Shown: positions 49,260 through 60,607, numbered from the stretch's first letter. The stretch is 64,000 nucleotides of DNA from Cenarchaeum sp. (GCA_965242695.1 CBDESU010000001.1:800001-864000); one strand, 5' to 3'. The notes: a model not told the origin generated them from the sequence alone. A program made the numbers and translations.

Positions 49260-52200
49260 GTGACCGCCACAGGCGGGCATGCGCCCTGCCGCTTCAACGC
49301 AATGGCGATTGTGGCCGTGGCCGTACTGGGAGCTGCCGTGGCCATGGCGGTGCCGGACCACATCGCAGGCGAGGCGTTCGCGCAGTCGGCCGACGGCGCG
49401 CCGGAGTGCCCGTCGGCTGCGGCCGGCGACGAGTGCGAGTACCACGTCACGGAGGCGCTCGCAATACGGGACATACTGCCGGAAATAGTGCGGATCGATC
49501 CTGACACGGGGTATGTATACGTCTCTACTAGGCCCAAGCAGGGCGCAATGGATCTCAACTATTCGTACCTCAACGTCTACAACAGCTCGGCCAACGGATA
49601 CCTTCCGATCGCAGAGTTCAAGTTCGACACTGGAATAAACACCCGCATAGAGGGCTTTGAGATCAACAACCGGACAAACGAGCTCCATGTGGTTCACCTG
49701 TGGGGCATGCATGATGCGTCCGAGGGGTGGACTGGAGAAGGGTGGGATGTGAGGGGCAAGGCCAACCTGACGACGATCGACCTCGACACGCACCAGATGA
49801 CAAAGACGATCCGGCTCGGCTATACGGAGAGCCCTGCCGTAACCAGCGCGCACAATTCGTTCTGGTACCAGACCGATCGGTTCTTCATGCACGACATTGC
49901 GCTCGACACGGTGCGGGATCTGGCGTACATTGGCGCCGAGCGCGCGCCCATCCTGGTAGTGGACACGAACACGACCACGCTCCTGCCCTCGAGGGTGGAT
50001 CGGGGCGGCACATCAGACCCTGGCGACGGGTGGAACGCATTCGCAGAGGGCACAATCTCCATGTCCATGGCGGTCGATGAGGACTCTGGAATCGTATATG
50101 CCGGCGTCGTCGTCGGCGACAAGCTGGACGAAACCGGAGGCACATGGGGGATCGCGGCGCTCAACTTTACGGACCCGAGCGGGAATCCGACGACAAACTA
50201 CACCAGCATGCACTTTTTGGGGCTGCTGTCAAACCCGCCCCCCAATACTGGAAAGTGCTTCAACAAACCTGGAACGCCTCACAACGAAACCAACTACTAC
50301 ACCTACCCTTGTTACGAATTTGTGCGCGTCGAGGCGTTGCATTTTGACGGGGGCAACAACAAGCTGTTCGCGCTATACGAAAACCACACCGTATGGGCGG
50401 TCGAACTAGACGAAAGCGGACGCCCCCAGAGCATGGAGGAGTTGGACGTGCGGGCAGGCGATCCCCGCCATGGCCACAATCCGATTCGCGACATCGCCCT
50501 CGACTCCCAGAGGGGCCTGCTGTACACCTCGCTGTACGACTATACCGACCCGCGCGTGGTCGTAATGGACTCTGCGACCCATGCCCGCGTGGGCGTCGCC
50601 TCGACGACGAGCCAGACCGCCGAAATGGGGATCAACCCTGCCAACGGGGCCGTCTACGTGCTACCTGATTGGGCGCTCGGGGCATATGTCATCGAGGGCG
50701 AGCCAAAGTCCGACCTACAGAGGAGGATAGACGACGCGTCCGACGGCGACACGATCGTCGTCGAGCCGGGCATCTACGACGACACGGTTCTCGACATTTA
50801 CAAGCCGCTGACCCTGACGACGGCATCCGGACAGCCCGGCGCCGCAAAGTTCACGGGGTACTCGCGCATCGAGGTAGAGGCAGACGACGTGACCGTCAGG
50901 GGCATCTCGTTTGAGAATACCGACTGCATGCCCGGCTTTGGCGGGTCGCTCATAGAGATAAGGACGCACCACGACGTGACTCGAAACAGAGTCACGATCG
51001 AAAACAACGCGTTCCGCGACACGTGCCACGCGGCAATCCAAAAGGAGGGCCGCGGCAACCTGGTGGACATCAACATACGGGACAACACGTTCATCAACAT
51101 CGGACTAAAGGTCCCGCCGGGCTGGACCGAGCCGCTCGACACGGGGGGCGAGAACGAGTTCCAGATCATGCACGGCGCGATCGGGCTCGCGCACCACCCG
51201 AACCAGAACACTGTCGGCGGCGAGATCTCGGGCAACTTCATCAACGGCACAAGCGCGGCCGGCATACGGGTGTTCAACGCGCACGACATGGCGATTACCG
51301 ACAACTACATTGCAAACACGCCGGCTAGCGCCATCGGGCTGGCGCACAACCCGCAGGACGTCCAGGTTCTCCGCAACACCATCGTCAACGCCAACAGCGA
51401 ACCCGACCTGGACTACCTTGCCGGCATCGAGGGCAGCGGCGATGCGGACTACTGGCGCTTTTTCGGAAAACCCGCGATACTGGACGGCATCGACCCCACG
51501 CCGCAGGACCACCCGACGTACGGCGACGGACTGCCGGCGCCGGACGCCGCAATCAACGTGTGGTCCGACGGCCAGAACATCAGGGTAGAGGAAAACACCA
51601 TACGAGGCAGCGACGGGGCCTTTACCGTGTGCACCGGCGTGTGCGCGTTCGAGAGCGACGGGCTCGTGCGCGGGGGGAACAGAAACATACCGCTCGACAC
51701 AAACATTGACGGCGCCAACATCGTGTTCCGAAGCAACGTCGTATACGCGCACAACGGTACGGACAACAACGGCGTGCTGATCCGGAGCAATGTAACGCAG
51801 GGAACGCTAGATGCGACGGACAACAGCTTCCCCGGGTATTCGGCCGCATCGGACGTTCCCGTCCTGGGGGCCATGGACCTGGGGTCTAGCGTATTGGCGC
51901 AGGCTGTTCCGGACGGCGAGGACGCGCAGTGCCCGTCGTCTGCGGACGCGGACAGCTGCACGTACCACGCGACGGGGTCGTTTACGGCGGGCGACGTCTC
52001 GCCGGCCACCGTGAGGATCGACCACGAGCGCGGGATCGCCTACGTGGCGAGCAAGATCAACGCGGGGGCATCGAACCCCGAAGAGGTCGTCCTGCTCGCA
52101 TACGAGATCGACGCCGCCCGCGGGTACCCGCTCGTCAAGGCGTTCGATCCTGTGGGCACGCACTATCCGCGCGTCCCGGCCATGGAGATCGACGTAGAGA

Positions 52201-55200
52201 ACCGCGCCCTCTACGTCGTCCACTCGTACAACCACTCGTACAGGATAGGCGAGGCGTACCTGGGCAGCCACGACGCAGATGCCCACCTTGCAAAGATCGA
52301 CCTGGACACCATGGAGATCGAGTGGTCGACGCCGATGCTCAACCACACCAACCGGAACGGCGATGTCAACACCCGCTACGACCTGTTCGACATCGCGCTG
52401 GATCCGGCAAACGAGGCGGCGTTCATAATGACAGAGGGGCACCGCCCTGACAACGAGAACGACAGGAATGCAAGCCCCGTCCTGGTCGTAAGCACGAACA
52501 ACGGGACGGTCCACCCCGCCATCTTCCATGACGAGAGGCACCCGTACAACTACACGCAGGATCCGGCCGCCGTCCTGGCGGTCGCCAACCCGAGCGCGAT
52601 GGCAGCCAACCTGACGGACAGCCACACCGCGTACGTCGTCGGGCGCATCGGCACTTTTGCCGACCCCCACTGGGGGATAGCGACGGTCTCCTTCGAGGGC
52701 CCGAACGGCGAGGTGCATCCCGACTACGAGGTGCACGACTTTGTCACCCTGATCGACAACCCCGCCAGCCACCACAACTACCACACGTACCGCAACGGGC
52801 ACGAGTCGTACAACTCCGTCCTGGCCAGGGATGTGATCCTGGACGACGAGAACAACCTCCTGTTCGTCCTGATGCGCAACCAGACCATGTTCAAGTACGA
52901 CCTGAGCACTAATACGACGCTGATCGGGGGCGACACGATAGGGCTGCCGCGCAACCCCGAGACGGTGGCCAACCTGCCCGGCACCATCACCGGCATCGGC
53001 CTGGATGCAAAGAACGGCATGCTGTACGCGGTAAGCAACGACTGGCAGAGGCCGTCCGTGTACGCGATCCGCACCAGCGACATGGCAGTAGTGGGCGAGT
53101 CGTCCCTGAACGACCAGATGATCGCAATTTCAGTCGACCAGGGCAACGGCACCGTGTACGCCTCGCCCTCTTGGACGCCGTCCGTGTACGTGATCGACCC
53201 GCTGCCGCGCACCGGCCTGCAGAACCTGATAGACGCCGCGGCGCCTGGATCCGTCGTGACAATACCCGACGGGACGTACGACGACACGGTCCTGGTGATC
53301 GACAAGCCGCTGACCCTCACGTCGACGACGGGCGAGGCGGGGCCCGCCATGTTCACGGGACACTCCCGCATACAGGTGCAGTCGGACGACGTCGCGATAC
53401 GGGGCCTGTCGTTCGAGGATACGGACTGCATGCCGGGCCTGTCGTACAACCATATCGGCATACACAACAAGGCGGCTCGCTCTGGCATCACAATAGAGGA
53501 CAACCGCTTTGCCGACACGTGCCACGCCGCCGTGCAGACAAAGGGCGCCAACACGCTAGAGGACGTAAAGGTGCGCTTCAACGAGCTCGTGAATGTGGGC
53601 ACAAAGATCGCGCCGGGCAAGGCCGAGCCGCTCAACACGGGCGGCGAGGACGAGTGGCTGTACACGCACGGCGGGATCGGACTGTCGTACCACCCGGGCC
53701 AGGGCGAGGTGAGGAACGCCGAAATCTCCTACAACGACATTCGGGGGACGAGCTCGGCCGGCATCCGCGTGTTCAACCCCGACGACGTCCGGATCGTCGG
53801 AAACACCATACGGGACACGCCAGAGGCCGGCATTGCGCTCGCGCACAACAGAAACTACGACGCGTCCGACGTGCTGATCAGGGCAAACACGCTGACCGAC
53901 ACGAACACCGAGCCGGACATGGACTACCTCGACGGGGTGGAGGGCAGCGGCGAGCTCTCGTACTACACGGCGGTCGGGCTCCTCGGCAGGGCCTCGCTCA
54001 CGGGACCGGGACAGTCGCCGCACTACGAAAAGCCGACGCCGAGCGCGGCCATAAAGGTGTGGGCCAACCTGGAGAACGTGACCGTAACGGACAACACGAT
54101 CAGGGGCAGCGGCGGCGCGTTCGTCGCATGCGCCGGAACGTGCGCCACCGAGAGCGACGGCGTGATCCACACCGGACCCGACAACCGCGACCGGTGGAAG
54201 GTCCGCAACATACTGCTCCCCGCGTACGACGACAGCGGCTTTGGGAGCTACAGCATCAACGTGACCGCAAACAACTTTGCGTTCAACTGGAACGCGATAT
54301 CGGGCGACAACGGCCGGAACGGCGCCGACCTGATCGCCAACAACGCGACCGGCGTCCTTGACGCGACAAACAACTACTATCCGGGGATGATCGCACCGGG
54401 ACAGATACGCAGCCCCGACACGGTCGACTATTCCACGACGGCGCGGGCCGTCGCCAGCGTCTCGCCGGCATCCGCCGGCGTGCAGGGAATCGGCGATGCG
54501 CTTGAAATTGCGGTCGCATTCAACAAGGACACCGTAGTGGACACGCTGCACGGAAAGCCGTCGCTCCTCCTGTCCACGGGACCAGAGACCGGCACGGGCA
54601 CCGCCGAGTACAGGGGCGCCTCGGCCGATGCCCTCAGCTTTGCGTACACGGTAAGGGAGGGCGACCTGCTCGGCTCGGACATGCTGGTCCGCATGGACCT
54701 CGACGGGGCCCTGATCGACGCCGAGCCGAACCCCGATGCCGTGCTGGAGCTGCCCGCCATAAGCCGCGTTCCGACAATCGACAGTATGCGCCCGTACGTC
54801 GTGAATGTCACGACGACGACGCAGGCCGGATCGTACTATCCGGGCAGCGCGATCGAGATTGTGGCGGCGTTCAGCGAGGATGTGGCCGTGTCCGGCGCAC
54901 CAACCCTCCCCCTTGCGACCGACCTGCCTGGCTCGGCCGCGTTGTACTCGGGCGGGAACGGCACGAGCCTCATCGCATTCAAGTACACGGTGCAGGGCGG
55001 CGACACGGCCGACCCGCTAACGAACGCGGCCGCGGATATAATCCTCGCCGGCGGCGCCTCGATCAGGGACATGGCCGGCAACGATGCGGCGCCGGGGCTG
55101 CCCGGCGCGGGGACGGGCGCATCGCTTGCCGAGACGAGCGGCGGCCAAATCGTCATACTCGACAGGGATACGACAGAGACGGCAGCCGAGGCGGTATTCT

Positions 55201-58200
55201 CGGCAAGGAATACCATCCGCATCGACTATACGGCGCCGCTCGGCCCACCGAGCGACTACACGGGCGACGTGTACGGCGCGATCGAGCTCTCCGGCGGGAC
55301 GACCGCATCGCCGACTGACGTGGACGGCCTGGGGACGGCAACGCACACGGTGCGGTTTGGCGGGCCCGGCGTCTCGCGCAGCGACACGGGCACGATCGCG
55401 CTAAACACAGACCTGGAGGGGCGCAGCGCCGGCGGCACGCCGCAGACGTTTACGGACGATACGATACCGGTGAGGGCCGGCACGTTCGCCGTAACGGTGG
55501 CGCCAACGGGCGATGCGCCCGTCGTGGTCATCGAGCGGGACGGCTTTGTCCGCCAGGTCAACGTCGTTGACGGCGGAGACACGGTGCGCCCGGCCGTCAA
55601 CGTCTCGTCGCTCGCCGAGGTACCACTCGAGGAGAACGGGACGAACACGGTGAGGCTTCCCGGCACGGATACAGTCGCCATAGTCGCATCGTTTGCCGAG
55701 GTCCACTTCCCGCCAAACGTCACGGCCACGATGGTTCCCGCAGACGGCCTGCTAGAGCTGTACGTCTCGCCCGACAGGCCGACCGTTCAGGAGGTCGCCG
55801 AGGCGCTCGGCGATGATACCCCCTCGGGCCTAGAGGTGCAGCAGGTCGTAGAGGTCGGCGACAGCGAGGCCAGGATCGTATTCGACCTGCCGGTCCGCAT
55901 CGTGCTCGACGGGCAGGCCGGCGGCAGCGCGTTCTACGTGAACACATCGGACGGGGCAATCGTGCCGATTATGACCGTATGCGAGGCCGACGACACGGCC
56001 GCAGTGCACGCGCAGCTTGGCGGGTCGGGCGAGTGCCAGCGCGACTCTGGCGGCGACAAGGTCATACACACGTACCATCTGACAAAGTTTGGGACGGCCC
56101 GTGCCGCCTCTGCCCTCGAGGACATGGTCTCGGCGGCCCCGCCGGGCGGCACCGTCCAGGTGCAGCCGGGCGAGTACAGCGCCGCCGTCCTGATAGTCGA
56201 CAAGCCGCTGACGATAGAGGCGGCCGATCCGGACGACCGGCCGGTCTTTACCGGCTACTCGCACATCATAGTCGAGCCGGCCGCCGCGGGCCCCATAACA
56301 ATCCGCAACCTCGCGTTCATGAACACGACGCACACGTCGGGAGCGGGCGGCCTGGCCTCGATAACCGTCCTGTCCAAGACCGGCTCAGCCGCCGGCGCCG
56401 CGCCGGTCACAATAGAGGGCAACACGTTCCGCGACACGTGCGACAGCGGCATCCGCGCGGCGGCCGACGCCGGCGCCCCGCCGATAGCGGATCTGACCAT
56501 ATCCGGCAACAGGTTCTACGACATCGGGTCAAACTCGGCCGGCTGCATGTCCCCGTCGGCCCCAGACAGGGCCGACGCCATAGTGGCCGGGAGGCACGGG
56601 CCATTCACGGCCGGCACGACCGAGCTGGCAAACGCCACAATACGCGACAACTACATCTTCGGGACGACATACACGGGGATGAGGGTGGCAGGCGCCGACG
56701 GCCTCGTCATAGAGGGCAACCACATCGAGGGCGTGCCCGACGACGGCGTACGGATACTCCCGTCTAGGAACGTCGACGTCCGCAGCAACACCATAATCGG
56801 CGCCAACGGCGCGCCGCACGCGCCGGCGGACGGCGCGCCGGCGCACGAAGGCCTGGCCGGAGCGGCGATCGAGGTGTGGTCCGGCTCTGACGATGTGGTC
56901 GTCGCGCTCAACCGCATATCGGGCAGCGCCGGCGCGCTTGCCGTGTGCGCCGGCACGTGCGATCCGGGGGCGGACGCGGCCGACGGGACGGGAGGCGATC
57001 CGGTCCCGGTCGGCAGGGCGCAGCTCGGCTCGCCCGACGGCGCAAACGACGTGCGGTTCAGCCACAATACAATCGACGCGACAAACACGGCGCCGCTCGT
57101 GGCAAACAGCGCGGGCGGCACGCTCGCCGCCCGCAGCAACTACTATCCGGGACACGCGGCATCCGTGGCGGCCGGCACCGGCATGGCGGCAGCGTCCGGC
57201 GCGAGCGTAGAGTACGCGCCGGCGATCGACGACGGCGGCCCCGTCAGGGTCGGCGTCATTGTGGCCGACGCGCCGGGATCGCCCGTGCGCTCGATAGACG
57301 CGGCAGTGGCGGCCGGATTCGCAGCCGGGTCGTCCGCATACAACGAGGGACAGGCGCGCATGGGCGGGCTGGTCGGGATCGAGCCCGTTCCGTACTCGGT
57401 CGCATCGCCCGACATGGCCGACTCTGCAGCGCACGCGGCGGCACTCGAAGCGCTGCGCACGGGCGCAAACGACGACGACCGGATGCGCCCCGTCCTGGAA
57501 AACTCGATAGCCCGGGCGATCGCGCTGTACGACGGGAACGCGACGGGCGGCCTTGCGGCGATAAGCGCCATGGAGGCCGAGTACGGCCACTATCCGTTCG
57601 CAACATCCCGGAACGGGACCCTGGTCGCCCACGGCGCAAACCCCTCGCTCGTCGGGCGGGCCGACGTCGTGCTCGGCATTGCGGGCGGCGCCGATGGCCT
57701 GCGCGCGCTATACGACTTTGGCGACGGGACAGCATCGACGGGAATCGAGGGGTACCCCAACGCCAGTTGGAAGTGGTGGACGTACGAGTTTGCAAACCCG
57801 GCGGCCGGAGGCGAGATGCAGTCCAAGCGCTCGATCATCGTCCTGCACAACGGCCCTGACGGCGAGGCCGGCACGGCCGACGACCTGGTGTTCGGGGCCG
57901 GCCACTACCCGCCGGGCGCGCCGTCGCACCTGCTCGTGGCCGCCGGCGATGCGGCGGCCGCGGCCGACCCGGCGGGCGGCTCTGGTATAGTCGTCTCGCC
58001 GACCTCGACGGCCACGGCGCCGACGCGGCTCGCCTCCGCGGCCGACTCGCTCTTCCGCCTCGCCCCGCCGGACGGCACGGCCGCCGGCGTGCTTGCGGGC
58101 CTGCTCGGCGCCGACACGTCAAGGGTCGTCGTCCTAAACGACAGCGCATCGCTGCAGAGCATGAGCATGGCAGCCGCCCTTGCATCCCCGTCGTCGGACG

Positions 58201-59249
58201 CATCGGCCGGCGGCAGGACGGTACAGGTCGTCTCGTACGACTCTGCATCCGAGGATGAAAGCTGGGCCGCCGCCGCAATGGAGGCCGTAAACGCGGCCGT
58301 CGGAGGCGGCGCGCAGGCCAACGACACGGCGGTAGTCTACACGGGCAGGGCCGGCGCGTTTGCGGCCCTTGCAGGGACGGAGGCGGCCGGCAGCGCGAGT
58401 CCGGACGCGAGCTGGTACGCCACGGGCGAGCTGGCCAGGGCCGAGCTCGGCATGCCGCCGCCCGGCCTTGCGAGGGCGACAGGGCTTGCGGTGGTATCGC
58501 AGCACGCGGCGCCGAGCGCTGCAATCGACGCGCGGCTGATGGCTGCAATATCCGCCGTCGTATTGGACGACTCTACGAGGGGCCCCGCATACGCGGCGTA
58601 CGACGCGGCGTTCCTGCTTGGCCGCTCGATCGCCGCCGCGGGCTCGACCGCGCCGCGGGACGCCGCCCCGGCCGACGTGGCCGCCAAGTTGCCAGAGGTC
58701 GCGCGCAAGTACGACGGCTCGGCCCTGGGCGGGAGGCTCGTCCTGGATGCCAACGGCGACCTTGCCATGCCGGCAAGGTACGCCGTCTCGGCCGTCGGCG
58801 CCGACGGCTCGTGGAGCCGCATCGGCGAGCCGCGCGAGGGGGCCGGGACGTGCAGCATCGAGCTTGAAAAGGCCGCTACGGACTTTGGCCCGCTAATGCC
58901 AGGCCAGCGCTCGAGGGCCGACACGCAGACGGTGCTCAACAGCGGCACCATGGCGTACGGCGACGCAGGAGTGGCCGTCTCGGCCGGCATGTGGGAGTAC
59001 AGATCTGCCGCTGCCAACGCCACCGCCCCGCCGACGACGGCGCTAGACCGAGGCCTTACGATGTACCGCATGGTGCAGGGTGCAGGCGCCGAGTACGCCG
59101 GCCTCGAGGCCTCGACCGCGCTGCCCGGCTCGTCGCTCGGCCCCGGCGAGGAGGTCGCAGTGCAGTTTGTCGTCGACCTCTCGTCGATGCCGGCGCTCGC
59201 CGCCGGCACGATGTCGCAGACCATAGCGTACTCTGTCTCGTGCAACTAG
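49260..59249 (+). CDS. Giant secreted/surface protein: 2x(beta-propeller plus beta-helix), Ig-like domains, third beta-helix, solute-binding-like region with Cache-like insert
   Basis: 3329 aa; signal-like MAIVAVAVLGAAVAMA; duplicated blocks from about 49390 and 51910; I..N.I repeats; AHGANPSLVG...YEFANP...KRS. Confidence 0.85.
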   Translation: MTATGGHAPCRFNAMAIVAVAVLGAAVAMAVPDHIAGEAFAQSADGAPECPSAAAGDECEYHVTEALAIRDILPEIVRIDPDTGYVYVSTRPKQGAMDLNYSYLNVYNSSANGYLPIAEFKFDTGINTRIEGFEINNRTNELHVVHLWGMHDASEGWTGEGWDVRGKANLTTIDLDTHQMTKTIRLGYTESPAVTSAHNSFWYQTDRFFMHDIALDTVRDLAYIGAERAPILVVDTNTTTLLPSRVDRGGTSDPGDGWNAFAEGTISMSMAVDEDSGIVYAGVVVGDKLDETGGTWGIAALNFTDPSGNPTTNYTSMHFLGLLSNPPPNTGKCFNKPGTPHNETNYYTYPCYEFVRVEALHFDGGNNKLFALYENHTVWAVELDESGRPQSMEELDVRAGDPRHGHNPIRDIALDSQRGLLYTSLYDYTDPRVVVMDSATHARVGVASTTSQTAEMGINPANGAVYVLPDWALGAYVIEGEPKSDLQRRIDDASDGDTIVVEPGIYDDTVLDIYKPLTLTTASGQPGAAKFTGYSRIEVEADDVTVRGISFENTDCMPGFGGSLIEIRTHHDVTRNRVTIENNAFRDTCHAAIQKEGRGNLVDINIRDNTFINIGLKVPPGWTEPLDTGGENEFQIMHGAIGLAHHPNQNTVGGEISGNFINGTSAAGIRVFNAHDMAITDNYIANTPASAIGLAHNPQDVQVLRNTIVNANSEPDLDYLAGIEGSGDADYWRFFGKPAILDGIDPTPQDHPTYGDGLPAPDAAINVWSDGQNIRVEENTIRGSDGAFTVCTGVCAFESDGLVRGGNRNIPLDTNIDGANIVFRSNVVYAHNGTDNNGVLIRSNVTQGTLDATDNSFPGYSAASDVPVLGAMDLGSSVLAQAVPDGEDAQCPSSADADSCTYHATGSFTAGDVSPATVRIDHERGIAYVASKINAGASNPEEVVLLAYEIDAARGYPLVKAFDPVGTHYPRVPAMEIDVENRALYVVHSYNHSYRIGEAYLGSHDADAHLAKIDLDTMEIEWSTPMLNHTNRNGDVNTRYDLFDIALDPANEAAFIMTEGHRPDNENDRNASPVLVVSTNNGTVHPAIFHDERHPYNYTQDPAAVLAVANPSAMAANLTDSHTAYVVGRIGTFADPHWGIATVSFEGPNGEVHPDYEVHDFVTLIDNPASHHNYHTYRNGHESYNSVLARDVILDDENNLLFVLMRNQTMFKYDLSTNTTLIGGDTIGLPRNPETVANLPGTITGIGLDAKNGMLYAVSNDWQRPSVYAIRTSDMAVVGESSLNDQMIAISVDQGNGTVYASPSWTPSVYVIDPLPRTGLQNLIDAAAPGSVVTIPDGTYDDTVLVIDKPLTLTSTTGEAGPAMFTGHSRIQVQSDDVAIRGLSFEDTDCMPGLSYNHIGIHNKAARSGITIEDNRFADTCHAAVQTKGANTLEDVKVRFNELVNVGTKIAPGKAEPLNTGGEDEWLYTHGGIGLSYHPGQGEVRNAEISYNDIRGTSSAGIRVFNPDDVRIVGNTIRDTPEAGIALAHNRNYDASDVLIRANTLTDTNTEPDMDYLDGVEGSGELSYYTAVGLLGRASLTGPGQSPHYEKPTPSAAIKVWANLENVTVTDNTIRGSGGAFVACAGTCATESDGVIHTGPDNRDRWKVRNILLPAYDDSGFGSYSINVTANNFAFNWNAISGDNGRNGADLIANNATGVLDATNNYYPGMIAPGQIRSPDTVDYSTTARAVASVSPASAGVQGIGDALEIAVAFNKDTVVDTLHGKPSLLLSTGPETGTGTAEYRGASADALSFAYTVREGDLLGSDMLVRMDLDGALIDAEPNPDAVLELPAISRVPTIDSMRPYVVNVTTTTQAGSYYPGSAIEIVAAFSEDVAVSGAPTLPLATDLPGSAALYSGGNGTSLIAFKYTVQGGDTADPLTNAAADIILAGGASIRDMAGNDAAPGLPGAGTGASLAETSGGQIVILDRDTTETAAEAVFSARNTIRIDYTAPLGPPSDYTGDVYGAIELSGGTTASPTDVDGLGTATHTVRFGGPGVSRSDTGTIALNTDLEGRSAGGTPQTFTDDTIPVRAGTFAVTVAPTGDAPVVVIERDGFVRQVNVVDGGDTVRPAVNVSSLAEVPLEENGTNTVRLPGTDTVAIVASFAEVHFPPNVTATMVPADGLLELYVSPDRPTVQEVAEALGDDTPSGLEVQQVVEVGDSEARIVFDLPVRIVLDGQAGGSAFYVNTSDGAIVPIMTVCEADDTAAVHAQLGGSGECQRDSGGDKVIHTYHLTKFGTARAASALEDMVSAAPPGGTVQVQPGEYSAAVLIVDKPLTIEAADPDDRPVFTGYSHIIVEPAAAGPITIRNLAFMNTTHTSGAGGLASITVLSKTGSAAGAAPVTIEGNTFRDTCDSGIRAAADAGAPPIADLTISGNRFYDIGSNSAGCMSPSAPDRADAIVAGRHGPFTAGTTELANATIRDNYIFGTTYTGMRVAGADGLVIEGNHIEGVPDDGVRILPSRNVDVRSNTIIGANGAPHAPADGAPAHEGLAGAAIEVWSGSDDVVVALNRISGSAGALAVCAGTCDPGADAADGTGGDPVPVGRAQLGSPDGANDVRFSHNTIDATNTAPLVANSAGGTLAARSNYYPGHAASVAAGTGMAAASGASVEYAPAIDDGGPVRVGVIVADAPGSPVRSIDAAVAAGFAAGSSAYNEGQARMGGLVGIEPVPYSVASPDMADSAAHAAALEALRTGANDDDRMRPVLENSIARAIALYDGNATGGLAAISAMEAEYGHYPFATSRNGTLVAHGANPSLVGRADVVLGIAGGADGLRALYDFGDGTASTGIEGYPNASWKWWTYEFANPAAGGEMQSKRSIIVLHNGPDGEAGTADDLVFGAGHYPPGAPSHLLVAAGDAAAAADPAGGSGIVVSPTSTATAPTRLASAADSLFRLAPPDGTAAGVLAGLLGADTSRVVVLNDSASLQSMSMAAALASPSSDASAGGRTVQVVSYDSASEDESWAAAAMEAVNAAVGGGAQANDTAVVYTGRAGAFAALAGTEAAGSASPDASWYATGELARAELGMPPPGLARATGLAVVSQHAAPSAAIDARLMAAISAVVLDDSTRGPAYAAYDAAFLLGRSIAAAGSTAPRDAAPADVAAKLPEVARKYDGSALGGRLVLDANGDLAMPARYAVSAVGADGSWSRIGEPREGAGTCSIELEKAATDFGPLMPGQRSRADTQTVLNSGTMAYGDAGVAVSAGMWEYRSAAANATAPPTTALDRGLTMYRMVQGAGAEYAGLEASTALPGSSLGPGEEVAVQFVVDLSSMPALAAGTMSQTIAYSVSCN

Positions 59250-59391
59250 GCGACGCGGCCCGGGGCGGCGCAAACTGCGTCCCCTGCCGGCTCTGTATCA
59301 CCCCTTCAGAGAAGCGGCTGCGCCTCAGCACTGAGCCGCCCTTTTTTCCCGATCCGCCGCAGCTCCGTACATGTGCATGAACGGGCGCCGG

Positions 59392-59530
59392 CTAGGGGAA
59401 CTCTAGTACCTCCGCGCAGCTTGCGAACCTGTTGTTTTCAGGCCTTGCCTCGGCCTCCCTGTACTTTGGCACCGTCTGGCCGTGCGCTCCGTACAGGCCG
59501 AGCGCGCCGTCCGGGCGGGGCCTGCCGCCG
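59392..59530 (-). repeat. Duplicated 3' end of the hydrolase gene (matches about 61306-61447)
   Basis: cctccctgtactttggcaccgtctggccgtgcgc and gtccgggcggggcctgccgccg are shared. Confidence 0.88.
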
Positions 59531-59674
59531 AGAGGTCTGCCGCGCAGTCTGACTCGGCGGACGGCGCCTGCAGGCCCTGCCGTCCGCCCTATGCCGTCCG
59601 CAAGCCGCCGATCTGCGCGCCATACGCGCGGCGCGCACGCCAAGTTTTTAACGGCGAGCCTTGGCGCCGCTCTT

Positions 59675-60607
59675 GTGCGACTCCTCGCTAGCGCCGAGCG
59701 CGTGCCCTCCCGCCGCAGGTCGAAGCCGCCCGCCGCATCCGGCCTGCCGGCGGCGCAGCGGGCCGCGGCGCCCTTTGTCCCTCCGATCAAGACCCAGGGC
59801 ATAAAGACCAAGCTGGTCGACTTCATCCTGGGCAATGTCGACTGGGACGGATTTGCGGGGCAGGGCGGCAGGTGGATAGAGCCGTTTCTGGGCTCCGGCG
59901 TCGTGCTGTTCAACGCGCGCCCGCGAATGGCGCGCTCGGGAGACGCAAACGTCCACATAGTCGACTTTTACACCGGTATCCAGAGCGGGCGCATCACTTC
60001 GGCCGCCGTCCGGACGTTCCTAGAGCGGGAGGGCGGAAAGCTCGGCCGGATTGGCGACTCCTACTACTACGAGGTGCGCGACAGGTTCAACAGCGGCGGC
60101 GAGCCGCTCGACTTTCTGTTCTTGAACAGGGCCAGCTTCAACGGCCTGATGAGGTTCAACTCGAGGGGATGCTACAACGTTCCGTTCTGCAAAAAGACCT
60201 GGCGGTTCACAAAATCGTACGTGACAAAGATCGTCAACCAGGTCGGGCGGACGGCCGGCATACTGGGCGGATCCGGATGGTTGGTAGAGGCCGGCGACTG
60301 GCGGGGCGCCGTCGAGTCGGCCGGAAGGCGCGACTTTCTGTACCTGGACCCTCCGTACAACGGGCGAAGCGCGAACTACTACGACACCTGGGGCGACGGA
60401 GACATGCGGAGGCTCTCGGACGCGATCTCGGCGACAAGGTCGAAGTTTGCCATGTCCATCTGGTACCGCAACAGGTACCGCGTCAACGACGACATAGGGC
60501 GCTACTTTGCTGGATTCAACATCAAAAAGCACCGGCACTTTTACCACCTGGGATCGAAGGAGTCGCTCCGCAACGAGATGATCGAGGCGTTGATCACCAA
60601 CTATTGA
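59675..60607 (+). CDS. Dam-family N6-adenine DNA methyltransferase, M.EcoRV-like; start uncertain
   Basis: FVPPIKTQGIKTKL, IEPFLGSG, FNGLMRFN, YNVPF, YLDPPY. Confidence 0.92.
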   Translation: MRLLASAERVPSRRRSKPPAASGLPAAQRAAAPFVPPIKTQGIKTKLVDFILGNVDWDGFAGQGGRWIEPFLGSGVVLFNARPRMARSGDANVHIVDFYTGIQSGRITSAAVRTFLEREGGKLGRIGDSYYYEVRDRFNSGGEPLDFLFLNRASFNGLMRFNSRGCYNVPFCKKTWRFTKSYVTKIVNQVGRTAGILGGSGWLVEAGDWRGAVESAGRRDFLYLDPPYNGRSANYYDTWGDGDMRRLSDAISATRSKFAMSIWYRNRYRVNDDIGRYFAGFNIKKHRHFYHLGSKESLRNEMIEALITNY

